Positions 59,354-64,000 of a stretch of 64,000 nucleotides of DNA are shown here, piece by piece. The DNA comes from Proteiniphilum sp. (lineage in GTDB: Bacteria; Bacteroidota; Bacteroidia; Bacteroidales; Dysgonomonadaceae). The position numbers and the translations under genes are program-made. Each line of letters starts with the position of its first letter. Position 1 is the stretch's first letter. The notes beneath the pieces are model-generated. The model was not told the DNA's origin, did not search any database, and was given only the letters and a program-made list of their open reading frames with translations. The DNA lies in the NCBI GenBank assembly GCA_036733365.1, contig DAINAS010000006.1, forward strand, positions 26,666 to 90,665. The letters are read 5' to 3'.

Positions 59354-59361
59354 CAAATGTA
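59354..59361 (-). promoter_or_regulatory. -7 box TACATTTG, P1 of the pheA leader (with TTTG at 59380-59383 as a possible -33)
   Basis: Exact TAnnTTTG on the minus strand 28 nt upstream of leader GTG 59325, with an upstream TTTG 18 nt away. Confidence 0.4.
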
Positions 59362-59478
59362 CAACTTTTTTCGAATACACAAATAAAAATGACAAAAAAA
59401 GAGCAATCCTTCTGTTTCATGCCCCTGAAAAGAACTTCTTTTTATGATAATCCACCGCTAATTTCTGTAAAAAATCTC

Positions 59479-59486
59479 TATATTTG
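59479..59486 (+). promoter_or_regulatory. -7 box TATATTTG (POT transporter)
   Basis: Exact match 49 nt upstream of ATG 59535. Confidence 0.45.
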
Positions 59487-59534
59487 CAGCTTAAATACCG
59501 AAAACTAATATTAGTCACTCTAAAATTACAGAGA

Positions 59535-61070
59535 ATGTTTAAAAATCATCCTAAAGGACTGCTCGCCGCATCACTGGCGAACATGGGGGAGCGATTTGGT
59601 TTTTACACCATGATGGCGATCCTGACACTCTTCTTAATGACCAAGTTCGGACTGGACGAGACCACCACCGGTATCATCTACTCCATCTTTTATGCATCCA
59701 TCTACCTGCTGGCTCTCGTGGGTGGGTTGCTGGCCGACAAGACCCGCAATTACAAGGGAATCATCATGACGGGCCTGTTGCTGATGTCAGCGGGTTACGT
59801 GATCATTGCCATCCCTACCCCGACACCGGTACCGGCTGACAAGTTCGCCCTGTTCCTTGCAATCAGCTGCTTGGGATTACTGGTGATCGCTTTTGGAAAC
59901 GGCCTCTTCAAGGGGAACCTCCAGGCGCTTGTGGGGCAGATGTATGACGACCCTAAGTACAGCAAGATGCGCGACTCAGGGTTCCAACTCTTTTATATGT
60001 TCATCAATGTGGGAGCTATCTTCGCTCCCTTCCTGGCGGTAGGTGTCCGCAACTGGTGGGTTGAGAAGAATGGTTTTCTCTACAATGCCGACCTGCCGAC
60101 GCTGGCGCATCAGTACCTGGGCAACACCATCACGGCCGAGGGAAGCGAACGTTTTCAGCGACTGGCCGGAGAAGTGGGTTACAGCGGCAGCGACATGACA
60201 GCTTTTGCCGGTGATTATCTCAACGTCTTCACCACCGGCTTCCACTATGCCTTTGCGGTAGCCATTGTTGCGATGCTAATCTCACTAGTGATCTACATGA
60301 TCAATAAGAACCGTTTCCCCGATCCGGCGAACAAACATGCTGCAGCAGCAGGAGGTACAGCGGTGACAGAGATGGACATCAAAGAGGTGAAGCAACGCCT
60401 CTATGCGCTTTTCGCTGTCTTCGCGGTGGTAATATTCTTCTGGTTCTCGTTCCACCAGAACGGGCTCACCCTCACCTTCTTCGCAAAAGATTACACCGAC
60501 CTGAGCCAGATAAGGCTAGACCTGGGCTTCGCGACACTGGAAGGAGCCGAGATCTTCCAGTCGATTAACCCCTTCTTCGTGGTGTTCCTCACTCCAATCA
60601 TCGTGGGACTCTTTGGATGGCTTCGCTCCAGAGGCAACGAACCCTCCACACCACGCAAGATCGCGATCGGTATGGGGATTGCCGCCATTGCCTATGCCGT
60701 AATGGCACTGGGCTCGATGGGACTTCCACTCAAAGGTGAGCTGGATGCTATGGGCGGACTGCCTGATGCTGCCCGTGTCACCCCCTGGTTGCTGATCGGC
60801 ACCTATTTTATTCTGACCGTGGCCGAGCTGTTCATCAGCCCCCTGGGCATCTCTTTCGTTTCGAAGGTAGCCCCTCCCAAATACCAGGGAATCATGCAAG
60901 GAGCATGGTTGGGTGCCACCGCCGTGGGCAACAGCCTGCTTTTCATTGGTGCCATCTTCTACAAATCGATCTCCATGAGTGCCACCTGGATGATCTTCGT
61001 GGTTGCATGTCTCATCTCCATGTTCACCATGCTGGCGATGATCAAATGGCTGGAGAGGATCGCAAAATAG
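59535..61070 (+). CDS. POT/PTR2 family di-/tripeptide:H+ symporter
   Basis: ERFGFYTMMAIL, GGLLADK and FYMFINVGAIFAP PTR2 signatures. ATG at 59535 downstream of a TATATTTG box. Confidence 0.85.
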   Translation: MFKNHPKGLLAASLANMGERFGFYTMMAILTLFLMTKFGLDETTTGIIYSIFYASIYLLALVGGLLADKTRNYKGIIMTGLLLMSAGYVIIAIPTPTPVPADKFALFLAISCLGLLVIAFGNGLFKGNLQALVGQMYDDPKYSKMRDSGFQLFYMFINVGAIFAPFLAVGVRNWWVEKNGFLYNADLPTLAHQYLGNTITAEGSERFQRLAGEVGYSGSDMTAFAGDYLNVFTTGFHYAFAVAIVAMLISLVIYMINKNRFPDPANKHAAAAGGTAVTEMDIKEVKQRLYALFAVFAVVIFFWFSFHQNGLTLTFFAKDYTDLSQIRLDLGFATLEGAEIFQSINPFFVVFLTPIIVGLFGWLRSRGNEPSTPRKIAIGMGIAAIAYAVMALGSMGLPLKGELDAMGGLPDAARVTPWLLIGTYFILTVAELFISPLGISFVSKVAPPKYQGIMQGAWLGATAVGNSLLFIGAIFYKSISMSATWMIFVVACLISMFTMLAMIKWLERIAK

Positions 61071-61104
61071 CGGAAGGCACGACATTTCAAACGAACGAAT
61101 CAAG

Positions 61105-61131
61105 CCGGAGGAAAACCCTCCGGTTTTTTTT
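61105..61131 (+). terminator. intrinsic terminator after the POT transporter gene
   Basis: CCGGAGG-AAAAC-CCTCCGG followed by T8. Confidence 0.7.
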
Positions 61132-61234
61132 GTGTGGAATCGATTCGCGAATCAAAGAAGCTCTCCCAATGAGAGATAGATTCTATGGTTGATAACTTGT
61201 TGCGATAAGCGGAAAAAACTACCCCCTTTTTCAG

Positions 61235-61242
61235 TATATTTG
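61235..61242 (+). promoter_or_regulatory. -7 box TATATTTG (dnaE)
   Basis: Exact match 33 nt upstream of ATG 61275. Confidence 0.45.
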
Positions 61243-61274
61243 CCCTATATAACCCACGGCAACAATTCAGAAAC

Positions 61275-64000
61275 ATGCATCCATTTGTTCATCTTCACGT
61301 CCACTCCCAATATTCGCTGCTCGACGGTCAAGCCAGCATCCAACGGCTGGTAGACAAAGCCATGAGCGACGGCATGCCAGCCATCGCCCTGACCGATCAT
61401 GGAGCGATGTACGGCATCAAGGAGTTCCTCAACTACTGCAACAAGAAAAACGGGCCACACAAGACGGAGATAGCCAAGCTGAGGAAAGAAATCGACTCAC
61501 TCGTGAAGGCAGACGATGCAACCGGCAGGAAGGAGGCACTGCAACAACAGTTGAAGGCGGTAGAGCAAAAACTCTTCAAGCCAATCGTGGGGTGCGAATG
61601 TTACCTGGCACGGCGCGACCGTTTCTCACAGTCGGAGAAGATCGATGGCAGCGGATGGCACCTGGTAGTGCTGGCCAAGAACCTGACAGGGTACAAGAAC
61701 CTGGTGAAGCTGGTCTCCAAGAGCTGGACCGAGGGATTCTACTACCGTCCCCGCATCGACAAGGAGCTGCTGGAACAACACAGCGAGGGGCTGATCGTCT
61801 CATCCGCCTGCCTGGGAGGCGAGATCTCCCGCAAGGTGGACAGCGGTCAGATCAGCGATGCCGAGGAGGCGGTTCAGTGGTACAAACGGGTGTTCGGCGA
61901 CGACTACTATCTGGAGCTGCAACGCCACAAGACCAATCGTCCCGATGCCGACCAGACCACCTACCCCAAGCAGGAGCGGGTGAACCAGGAACTGATTCGC
62001 ATCGCCCGCAAATACGACGTGAAGCTGATTGCCACCAACGATGTGCACTTCGTGAATGAAGAGGATGCCGATGCACACGACCGACTCATCTGTCTGAGTA
62101 CCGGGAAGGATTTCGATGATCCCGATCGGATGCGCTACACCAAACAGGAGTGGTTGAAGAGCACCGCCGAGATGAACCGGATCTTCGCCGACCTACCGGA
62201 GGTTCTCACAAACACACTTGATGTGGCTCACAAAGTGGAGTTTTATTCTATTGACAACCCACCGCTGATGCCTTTTTACCCCATCGATCCCGCTTTCGGT
62301 ACGGAGGAGGCATACCGCGAAAAGTATCCCGAAGAACTTTTAAAGCAGGAGTTCGGAGAAGCAACCTTTCACCGGTTGGGGGATTACGACAAGGTGATAA
62401 GGGTAAAGCTGGAGGCGGACTACCTGGCACATCTCACCTTTCAGGGAGCACGCCGCCGCTATGGGGAGGAGCTGACGGAGGAGATCCGTGAGCGGCTCAC
62501 CTTTGAGCTGGAGACCATCAAGCACATGGGCTTCCCGGGCTACTTCCTGATAGTACAGGATTTCATTAACGCCGCCAGGGAGATGGAAGTGGCAGTGGGA
62601 CCGGGACGCGGCTCGGCTGCAGGTTCTGCGGCAGCCTACTGCCTTGGCATCACCGACATCGACCCGTTGAAATATGACCTGCTTTTCGAGCGCTTCCTGA
62701 ACCCGGATCGTATCTCAATGCCCGATATCGACATCGATTTCGACGATGAGGGACGTGGCAAGGTGTTGCGCTGGGTTACCGAGAAATATGGCAGTGAGAA
62801 GGTGGCTCACATCATTACCTATGGCACCATGGCAACAAAATCGTCCATCAAGGATGTGGCACGGGTGCACAAGCTGCCGCTCTCAGAGTCGAACCGCCTG
62901 GCCAAACTGGTGCCGGACAGGATACCCAACGTGAAGAAGGTGAACCTGAGGGCCGCCATCGACAATGTGCCGGAGCTCAAAGAGGCGGCCAACAGCAGCG
63001 ATCAGCTGTTGAGGGACACCCTCAAATATGCAATGATGCTGGAGGGGAACGTGCGCAACACGGGGGTGCATGCCTGCGGTGTGATCATCGGTCAAAGCGA
63101 TATATCGGACGTGGTACCCATCAGCACAGCCGAAGACAAGGAGACCCGCGAGAAGCTACTGGTCACCCAGTACGAGGGGTCGGTGATCGAGGAGACCGGG
63201 CTCATCAAGATGGACTTCCTGGGACTCAAAACCCTCTCCATCATCAAGGATGCACTGGTCACGATTGAGCAGACCAGGGGTGTTAAGATCAACATCGACA
63301 CCATCGACATGAACGATCCGGTCACCTACAAACTCTACTGTAACGGGCAAACCACCGGTACCTTCCAATTTGAATCGGCAGGCATGCAGAAGTACCTCAA
63401 GGAGCTCCAGCCAAGCAAGTTTGAGGATCTGATTGCCATGAATGCCCTCTATCGCCCCGGACCGATGGATTACATCCCTTCCTTCATCGCGCGCAAGCAT
63501 GGCAGGGAGGAGATCAGCTATGACCTTCCAATAATGGAGAAGTATCTGAGTGAGACCTATGGCATCACCGTCTACCAGGAGCAGGTGATGCTCCTGTCAC
63601 GGTTGCTGGCAGGCTTCACCCGTGGCCAGTCGGACGAGCTTCGCAAGGCGATGGGCAAGAAGCTGATCGACAAGATGACCGCCCTGAAGGAAAAATTCCT
63701 GGCAGGCGGCAAACAAAACGGATACCAGGAGAAGATCCTCAACAAGATATGGGCCGACTGGGAAAAGTTTGCCTCATACGCCTTCAACAAATCGCATGCC
63801 ACCTGTTACTCCTGGGTTGCCTACCAGACCGCCTGGCTGAAGGCCAACTACCCCTCTGAATACATGGCTGCTGTGCTCTCCAACAACCTGAACAACATCA
63901 CCGAGATCACCAAGTTCATGGATGAGTGCAAGGCAATGGGCATGAATGTGCTCTGTCCCGATGTAAACGAGTCGTTCCTCAAGTTCTCGGTCAACAGCGA
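61275..64000 (+). CDS. dnaE: DNA polymerase III subunit alpha, 5' partial (runs off the window)
   Basis: Read by eye from ATG 61275: MHPFVHLHVHSQYSLLDGQASIQRLVDKAMSDGMPAIALTDHGAMYG (PHP domain). I translated about the first 60 codons; that the frame stays open to position 64000 is inferred, not checked codon by codon. Not in the ORF track, presumably because it has no stop codon in the window. Confidence 0.9.
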   Translation, partial: MHPFVHLHVHSQYSLLDGQASIQRLVDKAMSDGMPAIALTDHGAMYGIKEFLNYCNKKNGPHKTEIAKLRKEIDSLVKADDATGRKEALQQQLKAVEQKLFKPIVGCECYLARRDRFSQSEKIDGSGWHLVVLAKNLTGYKNLVKLVSKSWTEGFYYRPRIDKELLEQHSEGLIVSSACLGGEISRKVDSGQISDAEEAVQWYKRVFGDDYYLELQRHKTNRPDADQTTYPKQERVNQELIRIARKYDVKLIATNDVHFVNEEDADAHDRLICLSTGKDFDDPDRMRYTKQEWLKSTAEMNRIFADLPEVLTNTLDVAHKVEFYSIDNPPLMPFYPIDPAFGTEEAYREKYPEELLKQEFGEATFHRLGDYDKVIRVKLEADYLAHLTFQGARRRYGEELTEEIRERLTFELETIKHMGFPGYFLIVQDFINAAREMEVAVGPGRGSAAGSAAAYCLGITDIDPLKYDLLFERFLNPDRISMPDIDIDFDDEGRGKVLRWVTEKYGSEKVAHIITYGTMATKSSIKDVARVHKLPLSESNRLAKLVPDRIPNVKKVNLRAAIDNVPELKEAANSSDQLLRDTLKYAMMLEGNVRNTGVHACGVIIGQSDISDVVPISTAEDKETREKLLVTQYEGSVIEETGLIKMDFLGLKTLSIIKDALVTIEQTRGVKINIDTIDMNDPVTYKLYCNGQTTGTFQFESAGMQKYLKELQPSKFEDLIAMNALYRPGPMDYIPSFIARKHGREEISYDLPIMEKYLSETYGITVYQEQVMLLSRLLAGFTRGQSDELRKAMGKKLIDKMTALKEKFLAGGKQNGYQEKILNKIWADWEKFASYAFNKSHATCYSWVAYQTAWLKANYPSEYMAAVLSNNLNNITEITKFMDECKAMGMNVLCPDVNESFLKFSVNS

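Noticed and set aside
60516-61103. 195-aa minus-strand ORF
   Set aside because: It is antisense to the POT transporter gene and has no motifs.
61576-62078. Arg/Pro/Gly-rich ORFs on both strands (61576-61803 -, 61592-62059 +, 61800-62078 -)
   Set aside because: All are off-frame or antisense shadows within dnaE coding sequence.

Overview
This is a 64 kb chromosomal window from a Bacteroidota (Bacteroidales-like) genome of about 50% GC. The assignment rests on gene content, the Bat aerotolerance operon, and exact TAnnTTTG -7 promoter boxes upstream of many genes. It is almost entirely housekeeping DNA. I see no mobile elements, CRISPR arrays, tRNA/rRNA genes or recognisable defence systems.

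Gene order:
- maf, comB-like, hslR-like, pth, rplY, nusB, yajC, ybbR-like, coaE, yitT-like, leuS, an acyl-CoA ligase, a SulP transporter and ygiQ.
- An L-fucose locus: fucR-like regulator, fucI, fucU, fucP, a GH29 and a GH95 fucosidase.
- pyrE, comF, recX, prmC and ribD.
- An envelope block: lipoprotein, OM beta-barrel, uppS, bamA and two skp/ompH genes.
- A universal stress protein and a PAP2 phosphatase.
- The complete Bat operon: moxR, DUF58, a membrane protein and batA-E.
- lipB, lipA, tgt, an lptF/G-like permease and a cyclophilin.
- An aromatic amino-acid operon: pheA, aminotransferase, DAHP synthase/chorismate mutase and tyrA.
- A POT peptide transporter and the 5' 2.7 kb of dnaE, which is open at the window edge and absent from the ORF track.

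Items worth a second look:
1. An 18-codon leader ORF rich in Phe/Tyr/Trp sits upstream of pheA, with mutually exclusive antiterminator and terminator helices.
2. fucI is interrupted by one in-frame TGA exactly where a conserved Trp is expected, although TGA is a normal stop elsewhere in the window.
3. Three convergent intergenic regions carry unrelated sequences with the same architecture: direct repeats phased at exactly 11 nt, fused to long hairpins.
4. bamA contains a Gly-Gly-Tyr tandem-repeat tract.

All protein calls come from motif recognition and recalled family knowledge. No searches or folding programs were run.
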